Assembly: GCA_031431875.1 (NCBI GenBank)
Contig: JANPEF010000137.1
Location: 1-17,726, forward strand
DNA: 17,726 bases
Reading direction: 5' to 3'
DNA from: Candidatus Eiseniibacteriota bacterium
Lineage (GTDB): Bacteria > Eisenbacteria > RBG-16-71-46 > DASYSL01
Position 1 is the stretch's first letter. Every line of letters starts with the position of its first letter. The notes under the pieces are model-generated. The model ran no database searches and was not told the DNA's origin. It worked only from the letters and a program-made list of their open reading frames with translations. Of this stretch, positions 1 to 8,764 are shown piece by piece. The translations under genes were made by a program, and so were the position numbers.

Positions 1-1
1 C

Positions 2-1585
2 ACGCCGTCGTTCTCGCCCGACGGCAACTACCTGTTCTTCCGCCAGCGTCGCCGCGACGTGCAGAGCTATTCGGCCCTCTACCAGGTGCCCTCGCTCGGC
101 GGGACGCCGCAGGAGCGCGTGTTCGACGTCGACTCGCGCGCCACCTTCGCCCCCGACGGCAAGCGCCTGTTGTTCTGGCGCGGCAGGGGCGCGGAGGGCG
201 GGAACCGCCTGGTCGAGTTCGACCTCGACGCCTCGAAGGAGCGGGTCGTCACGGAGGTGAAGTTCGGCGAGTTCCCCGCCAGCCCACCCGCGTGGTCGCC
301 CGACGGCAAGCAGATCGCGTCCGCGCTGTTCTCGCCCGAGCGCGACCTGACGACCACGATCGCGCTGTTCGATCCGGTGACGGGCAAGCGCCGCGACCAC
401 GTGAGCCTGCCACGGACGCAGATCTTCGACCTGAGCTGGCTCGTCGACGGCAGCGGATTCGCGATCTGTGCCCAGGACTACATGACCATGAGCACGCCGC
501 AGGTGCTCCTCGTCGGCTATCCCGGCAAGGCCGTGCAGCGCGTGACGAACGACTTCCAGGCGTACCGCGCGATCGGCGCCGCCGGCGGCGAGGAGGCGCT
601 CGCCAGCGTCCGCCAGACGCGACTCTCGAACCTGTGGACCATCGACGTCGCCGGAGGCACACCGCGACAACTCACGCGGGCCGCGAACCCCGAGAACTCG
701 CCGGGGGGCCTGGCCGTCGCGGACTCGGCGACGCTGGTGTACCACGCACCACGCGACGAGGGCCTCCCCCTGTGGTCGATCCCGGTCGCGGGCGGCGAGC
801 CGCGCAGGCTCACGTCCGGACGCACGTTCGCGGTCAACCCGGTCGCCGCCGGCGGGCGGGTCATCTTCGATCGGCTGGGCGCCGATGGCATCCACGTCTG
901 GTCGGTGAAGCCCGACGGCACCGAGCTGACGCAGGTGACGACGGGCTCCGGGGAGCAGCATCGCGGGGCGACGCGGGACGGGCGGTGGCTCGGGTTCGGG
1001 CGCTACAACGAGCCGCGTGTCCTGCGCTTCCTCGCGATGCCGGCGATGACGGAAGGGCTCGTCCTGTCGGAATCCGCCATCCTCGACTACACCGCAGACG
1101 GCACGAAGGCTCTCGTGAGCCGTGTGACCCGGGACGAGCGGGGGCTCCAGCGCGCGATGCTCCGTCTGCAACCGCTCGATGGAAGCGCCGCGCGCGACAG
1201 CATCCTGCTGCCGGGAGACGCGACGAACGCGCTGCTGAGCCCCGACGAGCGCGGGGTCGACTATCTCTCGACGTCTGATCCGGCGGCCAACCTGATGCGC
1301 CTGCCCTTCGGCGGCGGAACGCCGGCACCCGTGACCCGGTTTGCATCCGGCCGCCTGACGGACTACGTGCGGTCACCCGACGGAGCACGGCTCGCGGTCG
1401 TCGTGCGCGAGGGTCCCGGGGAGAACCTCTGGGTGGTCAACGCGGACGGAACGGACGCACGGCAGCTGACGCAGTTCGAGGGGCAGGAGATCTTCGAGAT
1501 CCGTTGGGTGGATGGCGGGAGGACGCTCGCCTTCGGGGCCGGCACGATCACGACCGACGTCGTGCTGGTGCGCGACTTCCGATAA
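2..1585 (+). CDS. 5'-truncated TolB-like/PD40 (WD40-like) double beta-propeller protein; possibly the C-terminal part of a Ser/Thr kinase-TolB fusion
   Basis: Frame is open from base 2 (TPSFSPDGNYLFF...). Repeated PD40-type motifs FSPDG, FAPDG, PAWSPDG, SPDGARLA; C-terminus DVVLVRDFR. The kinase fusion is inferred, since the N-terminus lies outside the window. Confidence 0.85.
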   Translation, partial: TPSFSPDGNYLFFRQRRRDVQSYSALYQVPSLGGTPQERVFDVDSRATFAPDGKRLLFWRGRGAEGGNRLVEFDLDASKERVVTEVKFGEFPASPPAWSPDGKQIASALFSPERDLTTTIALFDPVTGKRRDHVSLPRTQIFDLSWLVDGSGFAICAQDYMTMSTPQVLLVGYPGKAVQRVTNDFQAYRAIGAAGGEEALASVRQTRLSNLWTIDVAGGTPRQLTRAANPENSPGGLAVADSATLVYHAPRDEGLPLWSIPVAGGEPRRLTSGRTFAVNPVAAGGRVIFDRLGADGIHVWSVKPDGTELTQVTTGSGEQHRGATRDGRWLGFGRYNEPRVLRFLAMPAMTEGLVLSESAILDYTADGTKALVSRVTRDERGLQRAMLRLQPLDGSAARDSILLPGDATNALLSPDERGVDYLSTSDPAANLMRLPFGGGTPAPVTRFASGRLTDYVRSPDGARLAVVVREGPGENLWVVNADGTDARQLTQFEGQEIFEIRWVDGGRTLAFGAGTITTDVVLVRDFR

Positions 1586-1612
1586 CCGGCGCGAAGCGCC
1601 GCCCGCGCCAGC

Positions 1613-1660
1613 GCAAGCAAGAACGCCGGACCGATGTTCTGGTCCGGCGTTTCGCTTTGC
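1613..1660. terminator. Bidirectional intrinsic terminator between convergent genes
   Basis: Perfect 11-bp stem AACGCCGGACC (1622-1632) / GGTCCGGCGTT (1641-1651), 8-nt loop, with A-rich left and T-rich right flanks that extend the pairing imperfectly. Confidence 0.75.
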
Positions 1661-1684
1661 GTCAGCGTCGTGGACGACGAAGGC

Positions 1685-2263
1685 CTAGTCCTTGCCCTCG
1701 ATCGTGATCACGAGCTTGCCCTCGTTCAGGCTCAGCTCGGCGAAGCCGTCGGTCTTCGCGACCGGCACCGTCTTCGCATCCAGGTACTCCGTGGTGCGCA
1801 GCGCGTACATGGTGAACACGCCGTCGCCCTTGAGCTCGGTGAGGAGCACGAACTTGCCCGTCGAGTTGAACAGAGCGGCCGACTCGTCCCAGGTGGCCCT
1901 CCGCTCCGAGTCGGCGCCGACGGCGAACGGACCCCAGAGCTTGTAGGCGTTCTCGCGCACGTCGTCGGCATCACTGTACTTGCTGGCATCCGGCGAAATC
2001 CAGACCTCCACGTCGATGTCCGCCGGCCCGGTGTTGACCGCCGTACCGAGCAGGGCGATGTCCGCGATCCCGACGAGATCATCCTTGTGGCTGACGTAGT
2101 CCTCGTTGGTGTTCATGTCCACGACTTCTGCGTAGTAGCTCTGGTCGCTGTCGATCGAGATCGGATCGTCGAGGTCGACGTCGATGTTGAACTGCCCCGT
2201 GCTGAGGATGCACCCGGCAAGTGCGACCGGGAGCAAGAGCGCGGCAAAGCGAAGCGCTTTCAT
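1685..2263 (-). CDS. Hypothetical acidic lipoprotein (192 aa)
   Basis: Signal peptide II with lipobox LAGC (Cys18). SD GGAGG overlaps the TAG of the upstream barrel gene. Asp-rich, beta-rich mature part. Confidence 0.8.
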   Translation of the reverse strand: MKALRFAALLLPVALAGCILSTGQFNIDVDLDDPISIDSDQSYYAEVVDMNTNEDYVSHKDDLVGIADIALLGTAVNTGPADIDVEVWISPDASKYSDADDVRENAYKLWGPFAVGADSERRATWDESAALFNSTGKFVLLTELKGDGVFTMYALRTTEYLDAKTVPVAKTDGFAELSLNEGKLVITIEGKD

Positions 2264-2272
2264 TCCGGCCTC

Positions 2273-2830
2273 CTAGAAGTTGGGAGTGACGCGGTAGCCG
2301 AGGCCGAGCGAGATCAGGCCCCACTTCCGCGACGACTCACCGATGTCGACGACGTTCATCTCGCCACGCAGGTTGATCATCATCTTGCCGGGAGCGATAC
2401 CAAGCTCGAGACCGCCGTTGTAGCCGATCTTCGAGATTTCACCCGACTCCCGGTGCAGCGTGTTGTTGCCGATCCCGACGAACGGGGCGATGTGGAAGCC
2501 CGGGCGGACGAGCCGGCCCAGCGAGATATTGGCGCCCCACGAGGTCAGGTCGATCCCCTCGCGCGTCTCCGGGCCAGACCCGAAGTCGGCGGTCATCTCC
2601 TTGCCGCTTCCCATGTAGATGTACGGCTCGAAGCCGAGGAACGTCCCGGTGTTGATCGGGAAGCGAAGGCCGAAGGCCGTGCCGGACTCCTCGTTGTCGT
2701 CCTGGGACACCGGAATCATGGTTCCCCCGTGCACGACGATCCCGAACCGTTCGTCCTGGGCCTGGGCGACCGAGGCCGCTCCGACCAGTACGAGGATCGA
2801 GACGATGAACAGTAGTCTGCAAAGTCGCAT
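2273..2830 (-). CDS. Small outer-membrane beta-barrel protein (OmpA-membrane-domain/OMP_b-brl-like, about 8 strands)
   Basis: Signal peptide ending AQA. Alternating Gly/aromatic strands (GTAFGLRF, PFVGIG, GYNGGLEL, LGLGYRV) and C-terminal Phe. SD GGAGGG precedes ATG 2830, so this start is preferred over GTG 2842. Confidence 0.8.
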   Translation of the reverse strand: MRLCRLLFIVSILVLVGAASVAQAQDERFGIVVHGGTMIPVSQDDNEESGTAFGLRFPINTGTFLGFEPYIYMGSGKEMTADFGSGPETREGIDLTSWGANISLGRLVRPGFHIAPFVGIGNNTLHRESGEISKIGYNGGLELGIAPGKMMINLRGEMNVVDIGESSRKWGLISLGLGYRVTPNF

Positions 2831-2916
2831 GGATCCCTCCACTCTGTGAGTCCATCGGCGGCGCCGAGAACTCGGGCCGCCCGACCCCGGCCATGGGACA
2901 CACCGGGAGCGTCGTC

Positions 2917-2944
2917 AGACTAGGCGAACAATGTCCGGAGTCAA
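2917..2944 (-). promoter_or_regulatory. Putative sigma70 promoter for the barrel-lipoprotein pair
   Basis: Minus strand TTGACT-N16-TAGTCT, about 85 nt upstream of ATG 2830. Confidence 0.5.
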
Positions 2945-2972
2945 TCCCGAAGCGCGGAGCGCCGGGGGGGCA

Positions 2973-5942
2973 TCAGACCGGCCGAGCCACCCCGGCGGCC
3001 CCGAACTCGACCACTCGCACGGCCTGGCCGAACCACGCAGGGTCCTCCTCAGACAGGGCGTCGACGGTTGCCCGGTGGCAGGTGAGCACGATCACCTGGT
3101 GCCCCGTTGCGGCCGCCTCGGCCAGAACCCGCAGCAGGCGCCCGGCCCGGGCGTCGTCGGCGTGGGCGAGCGGATTGTCGAGCAACAGCGGCAACTTCGC
3201 GCCGCCGCGGGCCAGGAACTCGCAGATCGCGATGCGCAGCGCCAGCGTCACCTGGTCGCGCGCGCCGGTCGACAAGCTCTGCTCGAGGCGCGCCCCGCTC
3301 AGCCGGTCGCCGTCGAGCGTGAGCGACAGTTCGAGCTTGTCCGAGACCTTGAACCCGGCGTGCGCCAGCCCGAACCGGGCGAGCAACTCGTCGACGCGCC
3401 CGGCCAGGTGCTCGGACCAGCGGGCATGCGTCTCGCGGGCGACGGTCTGGAAGCGTTCGCGTGCCAGTTCGACCGCTGCCTTGAACGCGCGGGCGCGCTC
3501 CAGCGCGGCATGCAGGCGGTCGCGGTCGGCAAGGAGCTCGGCGGCGCGCTTCGCGGTGGCACCCTCGCGTCCGCCGACCCGCGCGTGCAACTCGATCAGG
3601 TTGCGACGGACGTCCTCGAGTTCGCGCTCGAGCCCGACGGCATCACCGGGCGCCTCGCCCGGGCTCGCCATCGGGGCTGCCGGGCTGCGCCCGACGCGCG
3701 CTCCCGCGCCGGCGGCCTCGACTTCGGCGGCGAGACCATGGCGCTCGCGTTCGAGGGCCCCACGGGTCGCCTCGTCCAGCCCGCGCCCGGTGGCCGCGGG
3801 CACGAGCTCGCCCTCGAGCGTGTCGAGGCGGCGACGCTCGACCGCCTTCGTCGCAACCGCCTCGGCGAGCGCCTCGAAGGCGCGACTCTCGCGCGCCGCG
3901 GCGGCGCCCGCGTCGCGCGCGCCAACGACCGGCGTGTCGGTGGCCTCGCCGTCGGGCACGGGAAGTCCCAGCGCGCCGGCCAGGGCGCGAATGCCGCCAC
4001 GGGCCTCGGCGATGCGGGTGAGCGCCGACCGCTCGCGGGCGATCAGGCCGTTCTCCAGTTCGTCGAGCCGGACGCGGCGAGCGCGCGCCTCGAGCACGCT
4101 GCCGATGCCCAGGCGCAGGCGCGCGAACGCCTCGTGCGGCGGCATGCCCGTGTCGAGCCCTGCATTGCGCAGGCGCTCCTTCATCTCGGCCTCGACCCGC
4201 GCGCCATCCTCGCCGGCCCGGGCGCGATCCTGGTCGATCCAGTCGAAGCGCTGCACCTCGGCGATCAGCCGCTGCGACTCGCCGAAATCGCGCAGCAGAG
4301 TGGTCACGTCGGCGAAGTCGAACTTCGCGGCCATCCGGGCGAGCGCATCCTCGCGCTCCTTGCGCCGCTGCCGCACTTCGCCCGCGCGGCGCTGCGCCTC
4401 GACCACCTGGTCGAGCGCCGCGCGCCGGTCGGAGTCACGGTGAGCCGCGCTGCGCAGCAGGAGCACCGTCGCGCCGGCCAGCGCCAGCAGCGTGACGCCC
4501 AGGCCGACGAAGCTCTCGATCGAGCGCCCGGCCAGCGCCAGCCACACCGCCGCGGTCCCCGCAAGCAGCCCGACGACGCCGGCAAAGAAACCGAACCCGC
4601 GCATGCGGCTGCGCTGCCGGCCCACCTCCTCGATGATCGCCTGCCCGCCCTGCGCGGCGCGCTGCGAGGTCTCGGCCTCGGTGACCAGGTGCTGCGTCTG
4701 CGCGGGGAACTGCGTGAGCAATCCGCGATCCTCGGCGGTCAGCGCGCCGAAACGCGCCGACAGCTCGGCGGCGCGCTCGACGGGGACGCCCCGTGCGGTC
4801 AACTCCTTCTCGAGCTCGGCGCGCTTCTCGGCCGAACCCCGCGCCTGCTGGCGGGCCCGCTCGAGGTCCTTCTCGAGGGCATGCAGCTCCTCGATCTGGC
4901 GCGGCTCGGCGTTGGCGAACGCGGCGCAGGTGGCCAGCGTCGTCTCGATCTCGAGGCGCGGTCCGGAGACGTCGCGCTCACGCTCGGCGCGCACCTCTTC
5001 GAGCGTGCGCCGGCCGGCGCCCAGCTCGGCCTGCGCGGCCTGCAAGCGATCCGGCGCGTCGTCGGGCACGGCGCGCGCGGGCGCCAGGCGCTTCAGCTCG
5101 TCGCGCCACGCGGTGAGTTGCGCCCGCTCGGTATCGTCCTTCGCGAGCGCGGCCTCGACCTCGCCCAGGCGGCGCACCGCGCCGCCCCGGCGGGCGACCA
5201 ACAGGCGCGAGCCGAGCGCGTTCTCGCGATCCTCGAACTCGGCGAGGCGCGCGAGGTCGGTGGCGAGCGCCTCGCGATCGGACTGTGCGGCGTTGAGGTC
5301 GACCGCGATCGTGCCCAGCGCGATCTCGAGCTTCTTGATCTCGTTGGCGATCATTCCCGATTGCTGCACGCCGCGATAGTTCTTGAGCGCGTCATCGAGC
5401 ACGCCCATCGCCTCGGCCGCCGTGGTGTCGCCCTGGACCGACGACGCCATGCTCTCGAGCAGAGCCGTCAGCGTGCCGTCGGGCCGCACCTCGCTGCCGC
5501 CGAGGCGACCGGGCCCAGGCTGCAGCCAGAGTGCGCTGCGCGCGAACTGGTCGCCGCTCATGCCCAGCAGTTCCTCGCCCAGCTTGTACTCGCCGGAGCC
5601 GTGGCGGAACGTCTCGGTCACGTCCTTCCCGTCCTGCAGCACGGTGAGGCGACCGTTGCCGAAGTGGCGATTGACCACGTAGCGGTGGCCGGCGAGCTCG
5701 AACTCGAGCTCGAGCGCGTAGGGCTTGCCGCTCCACGGGCGATGCTGCTCGAGCGGTGTGGCGCGGTCACGCCAGCTGCGCTTGTCGGCCTCGAGACCGT
5801 AGAGCGCGGCGGCGATGGCGGCGGCGAGCGTGGTCTTCCCGCGCTCGTTCTCGCCGACGACCAGGTGCAGCGCGCCCGGTTCGAAGGTCCACACGCCGCT
5901 CAGGGCGCCGAAGCCGTCGATCTTGAGCCGGCGAAGGATCAT
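2973..5942 (-). CDS. SMC/Rad50-like ABC ATPase of the YhaN (SbcE)/AAA_27 type with a central transmembrane hairpin
   Basis: N-terminal GFG motif, Walker A GENERGKTT, long coiled coils, two hydrophobic segments at about aa 449-496, signature LSTGARDQ, Walker B/D-loop LLLDNPLAHAD, H-loop LTCH. ATGA overlap with the upstream nuclease gene. Confidence 0.9.
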   Translation of the reverse strand: MILRRLKIDGFGALSGVWTFEPGALHLVVGENERGKTTLAAAIAAALYGLEADKRSWRDRATPLEQHRPWSGKPYALELEFELAGHRYVVNRHFGNGRLTVLQDGKDVTETFRHGSGEYKLGEELLGMSGDQFARSALWLQPGPGRLGGSEVRPDGTLTALLESMASSVQGDTTAAEAMGVLDDALKNYRGVQQSGMIANEIKKLEIALGTIAVDLNAAQSDREALATDLARLAEFEDRENALGSRLLVARRGGAVRRLGEVEAALAKDDTERAQLTAWRDELKRLAPARAVPDDAPDRLQAAQAELGAGRRTLEEVRAERERDVSGPRLEIETTLATCAAFANAEPRQIEELHALEKDLERARQQARGSAEKRAELEKELTARGVPVERAAELSARFGALTAEDRGLLTQFPAQTQHLVTEAETSQRAAQGGQAIIEEVGRQRSRMRGFGFFAGVVGLLAGTAAVWLALAGRSIESFVGLGVTLLALAGATVLLLRSAAHRDSDRRAALDQVVEAQRRAGEVRQRRKEREDALARMAAKFDFADVTTLLRDFGESQRLIAEVQRFDWIDQDRARAGEDGARVEAEMKERLRNAGLDTGMPPHEAFARLRLGIGSVLEARARRVRLDELENGLIARERSALTRIAEARGGIRALAGALGLPVPDGEATDTPVVGARDAGAAAARESRAFEALAEAVATKAVERRRLDTLEGELVPAATGRGLDEATRGALERERHGLAAEVEAAGAGARVGRSPAAPMASPGEAPGDAVGLERELEDVRRNLIELHARVGGREGATAKRAAELLADRDRLHAALERARAFKAAVELARERFQTVARETHARWSEHLAGRVDELLARFGLAHAGFKVSDKLELSLTLDGDRLSGARLEQSLSTGARDQVTLALRIAICEFLARGGAKLPLLLDNPLAHADDARAGRLLRVLAEAAATGHQVIVLTCHRATVDALSEEDPAWFGQAVRVVEFGAAGVARPV

Positions 5943-7156
5943 GCGCCCCCCGCGTGCTCGTAGCGCGGGGCCACGTCACCGAGGCGCAGCGCATCGAGTC
6001 CGTAATAGAGCGCCGCCTCGACGATGCGACGCCGCGCCAGGTCGGGCTCAGCGTCGAGCTCGGCCAGCAGCGAGCGCACGAACCGCTCCTCGGTGGTCTT
6101 GGGCTCGAGGCGGCGGTAGGCCTCCAGGTCGTAGTCGGGGCGGAGCGCCGTCGCATCGAGCGACAGGTGGAAACACTTGAACGGCACGTCCTCGGCTCGC
6201 GCCTTGACGTCGATGCCCGAGCGCACGCGGCCGGTCAGCGTGACGAATGCGAAGTCCTCGGCGCCGACGAGCGCCGCCTCGAGCCCGCTGACGATGCGAT
6301 GCACCAGTCCCTCGGGCGAGCCCACGCCGTCGGCACGCACCTCGAGCCGGTGCAGGCGACGGCGATCCAGCTCGATCGGCGTGATCTCGACGCGCCGGTG
6401 GCCGGCGACGTGCTCGACGCTGACGACCTGCACGTGGCGCGGCCCGGTCTCGTCGATGGCCAGCGCGACCGGCGAGCCCGAGTAGCTGCCGCGGATCACG
6501 CCTTCGTCGTCGACGATCGTGCCCGGCCGATGGTAGTGCCCGAGCGCGGCGTAGTCGGCGCCCCAGGCCAGCAACTCATCGGCGTTGAACGGCGCGGTCA
6601 TCCGCTTGCCCGGCGGCAGGAAGCCATCCTGCGAGCCGTGCAGCATGAGCACGTTCAGCCGGTCGCGCAGCAGCGTCGGGCGGTCCTCGGCGAGCACGCG
6701 CTCGCTCGAGTCGACGTTACGGTCGGCGCAGCGGCCCCAGATCAGGACGTCGTCGCGGCCGGCCAGCGGCGCGCTCGCGAAGCGCGGCGAGTCGAAGATG
6801 TGCACGTGCGCGGGCCACGGGGCCTGCCCCGCGGCGACGAGGCGTCGGTTGTCGTAGTAGAACGTGGAACGCGAGAAGCAGTCGTGATTGCCGGGAGCGA
6901 TGAACACCGGCGGGCAGCCGTCCTGCGACACACACTCGATGGCGCGTGCGACGGTCTCGCGATCGACGATCTCGCCGTCGAACAGGTCGCCCACGATGAG
7001 AAGCGCGTCGAGCTTGTCGTCGATCGCGCGCTGCACGGCACGCCACAGGAGGTCGCGCTGTTCGGACCGGCGCTGGTCGGCGAGCGCGGGCGGAAGCCAC
7101 GTGAACGGACGACCCAGATGAAGATCGGAGAGCTGGAGAAAGCGGAAGGACCTCAT
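5939..7156 (-). CDS. Mre11/SbcD-like metallophosphoesterase DNA nuclease (YhaO type)
   Basis: Motifs SDLHLG, GDLFD, PGNHD, LHG, LGHYH and YSGSP. Start at ATG 7156 (MRSFRFLQLSDLHLG) fits the family N-terminus and the promoter position. Confidence 0.92.
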   Translation of the reverse strand: MRSFRFLQLSDLHLGRPFTWLPPALADQRRSEQRDLLWRAVQRAIDDKLDALLIVGDLFDGEIVDRETVARAIECVSQDGCPPVFIAPGNHDCFSRSTFYYDNRRLVAAGQAPWPAHVHIFDSPRFASAPLAGRDDVLIWGRCADRNVDSSERVLAEDRPTLLRDRLNVLMLHGSQDGFLPPGKRMTAPFNADELLAWGADYAALGHYHRPGTIVDDEGVIRGSYSGSPVALAIDETGPRHVQVVSVEHVAGHRRVEITPIELDRRRLHRLEVRADGVGSPEGLVHRIVSGLEAALVGAEDFAFVTLTGRVRSGIDVKARAEDVPFKCFHLSLDATALRPDYDLEAYRRLEPKTTEERFVRSLLAELDAEPDLARRRIVEAALYYGLDALRLGDVAPRYEHAGGA

Positions 7157-7192
7157 GCGCCGCAACCTACACGAGGGGTGGGACAGCGACAA
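7157..7192 (-). promoter_or_regulatory. Putative sigma70 promoter giving a leaderless nuclease-ATPase mRNA
   Basis: Minus strand TTGTCG-N17-TAGGTT-N7-ATG, with no SD. Confidence 0.55.
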
Positions 7193-7248
7193 GGCCAAGC
7201 TCGCATGGAGACATGACTTGGCTGCGGTCGCTGGTCACCGCGTCGACA

Positions 7249-7266
7249 TGATATCCTAGTCCGATC
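7249..7266 (+). promoter_or_regulatory. Putative extended -10 promoter of moaA (leaderless or near-leaderless)
   Basis: TG-a-TATCCT followed by 9 nt and ATG, with no SD. Confidence 0.5.
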
Positions 7267-8250
7267 ATGATCGACCCGTTCGGCCGCTCCATCCGCTACG
7301 TCCGCATCTCGGTCACCGACCGCTGCAACCTGCGGTGCCGGTACTGCATGCCCAATGGCTACCTCGGCGGCGAGCAGCCCGCCGACATCCTCTCCTACGA
7401 GGAGATCGGGACCATCGCCGAGGCGATGGTCGGCCTCGGCGTGAAGAAGTTCCGCCTGACCGGCGGCGAGCCGCTGGTCCGCCGCGACCTCGAGTCACTG
7501 GTGGCGCGGCTGGCCGCGTTCCCCGAGGTCGAGGACCTGGCGCTGTCGACCAACGCCGTCCTCCTGCGCGACAAGGCCCGCGCCCTGCGCGATGCCGGCC
7601 TCAAGCGCGTCAACGTCTCGCTCGACACGCTCGATCCCGCAACATTCAAGGCCATCTCGGTCAACTCGTCGCTCGAGGCCGTGCTCGACGGCATTGCCGC
7701 CGCCGAGGACGTGGGCCTCGCCCCGATCAAGCTCAACATGGTGGTGATGAAGGGCGTCAACGACGGCGAAATCGAGGCCATGGCGCGCATGACGTTCACG
7801 CGACCGTGGACGATCCGCTTCATCGAGGTCATGCCCATGCGCTCCAACCCGGGCGCCCAGGTCGGGCAGTACGTCTCGACCGACTCGATCCGCGAGCGCC
7901 TGGCCGCCGTCGGCACGCTGATCCCGGTCGAGCGCGACGCGCTGGCCGGCCCGGCCGCGGAGTTCAAGTACCCGGGCGCGGTCGGCTCGGTCGGCTTCAT
8001 CACGCCCCTGTCGCACACCTTCTGCGGCGCCTGCAACCGCGTGCGCCTGACCACGACGGGCAAGCTGCGGCTGTGCCTGTTCGGCGAGTCGGGCTGCGAC
8101 CTGCGCGGGCCCCTGCGGGCCGGGGCAACGGTGGACGACCTGCGTGGTTTGATCGTCGACGCGATGACGCGCAAGCCCGAGAGCCACCACCTGGCGCTCG
8201 GCTACAGCGGGCCCGAGGCGCCGGTGAACATGTCGGAGATCGGGGGGTGA
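7267..8250 (+). CDS. moaA: GTP 3',8-cyclase MoaA (radical SAM, molybdenum cofactor biosynthesis)
   Basis: MIDPFGR...RISVTDRCNLRCRYCMP (CxxxCxxC), RLTGGEP, RFIEVMP, FCGACNRVRLT...LCLF (auxiliary cluster) and C-terminal MSEIGG. Confidence 0.97.
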   Translation: MIDPFGRSIRYVRISVTDRCNLRCRYCMPNGYLGGEQPADILSYEEIGTIAEAMVGLGVKKFRLTGGEPLVRRDLESLVARLAAFPEVEDLALSTNAVLLRDKARALRDAGLKRVNVSLDTLDPATFKAISVNSSLEAVLDGIAAAEDVGLAPIKLNMVVMKGVNDGEIEAMARMTFTRPWTIRFIEVMPMRSNPGAQVGQYVSTDSIRERLAAVGTLIPVERDALAGPAAEFKYPGAVGSVGFITPLSHTFCGACNRVRLTTTGKLRLCLFGESGCDLRGPLRAGATVDDLRGLIVDAMTRKPESHHLALGYSGPEAPVNMSEIGG

Positions 8251-8360
8251 GGCTGCGAAGCGGCCTCGCCACCGTCGCTGCGGGGGCTACCTGGTGGCGA
8301 TCCTGATGATCCGCGGGGAGACGGCGAAGGCGGTGCGGGACTGAGCGGGGCCCGCGACAG

Positions 8361-8394
8361 CCCAGTTCACATGCGCTGGCGCATGTGAACTGGG
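8361..8394. repeat. Perfect 16-bp inverted repeat (REP-like palindrome or hairpin)
   Basis: CCCAGTTCACATGCGC-TG-GCGCATGTGAACTGGG between the convergent moaA and antitoxin genes. Confidence 0.85.
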
Positions 8395-8464
8395 TAATCG
8401 GCAGAGAGGGAGACGACCCGGAGCAAGTCGATGCAACCTCCCCGGCAACTTGCACGGCGCAAGT

Positions 8465-8764
8465 TCAGCTCCCTGACGAGCGGGCCCTTCCAGGAGTCAC
8501 GCCGAGCAGGATGTCCGGGTTGGCGTACGCGATCGAAAGCAGTGTGCGAGCCGGGCCCGAAGGTGCACGCCGGCCCTGCTCCCATTCCTGAAGCGTTCGA
8601 ACGGAGACCCCGATTCGCGCTGCGAAATCCGTCTGCGACAGTCCAGTTTTGCCACGGATCGCTGCGACCGACGGGACAGTCAGGATCCGACCGTGGATTC
8701 CGCGCTTCAACTGTCGAATGCCCGTCAAGATCTCGCGGCCTATGTCTCGTTCACGACGTGGCAT
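8465..8764 (-). CDS. higA: XRE-family HTH antitoxin (HigA-2-like)
   Basis: IRGKTGLSQTDFAARIGVSVRTLQEWEQGRRAPSGPARTLL HTH. Lies downstream of, and overlaps by 14 nt, a RelE-type toxin gene. Confidence 0.88.
   Translation of the reverse strand: MPRRERDIGREILTGIRQLKRGIHGRILTVPSVAAIRGKTGLSQTDFAARIGVSVRTLQEWEQGRRAPSGPARTLLSIAYANPDILLGVTPGRARSSGS

Noticed and set aside
2931..5963. 1010-aa + strand ORF and other long antisense or alternate-frame ORFs (1634-2815, 5954-7216, 9146-10117, 11431-12876, 13998-15494, 16060-17514)
   Set aside because: Shadow ORFs of well-supported genes in high-GC DNA, with no recognisable motifs.
2973..7156. Canonical SbcCD, Wadjet or Lamassu call
   Set aside because: No zinc hook, and no kleisin/KITE/JetD or LmuA/LmuC-like partners are evident; the architecture fits the YhaN/YhaO type.
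7157..7266. Moco riboswitch upstream of moaA
   Set aside because: The spacer is only 110 bp and is occupied by divergent promoters; no aptamer-like structure was seen.
8361..8470. Integron attC site downstream of the TA pair
   Set aside because: No proper RYYYAAC...GTTRRRY pair with L boxes, and no integrase or cassette array in the window.
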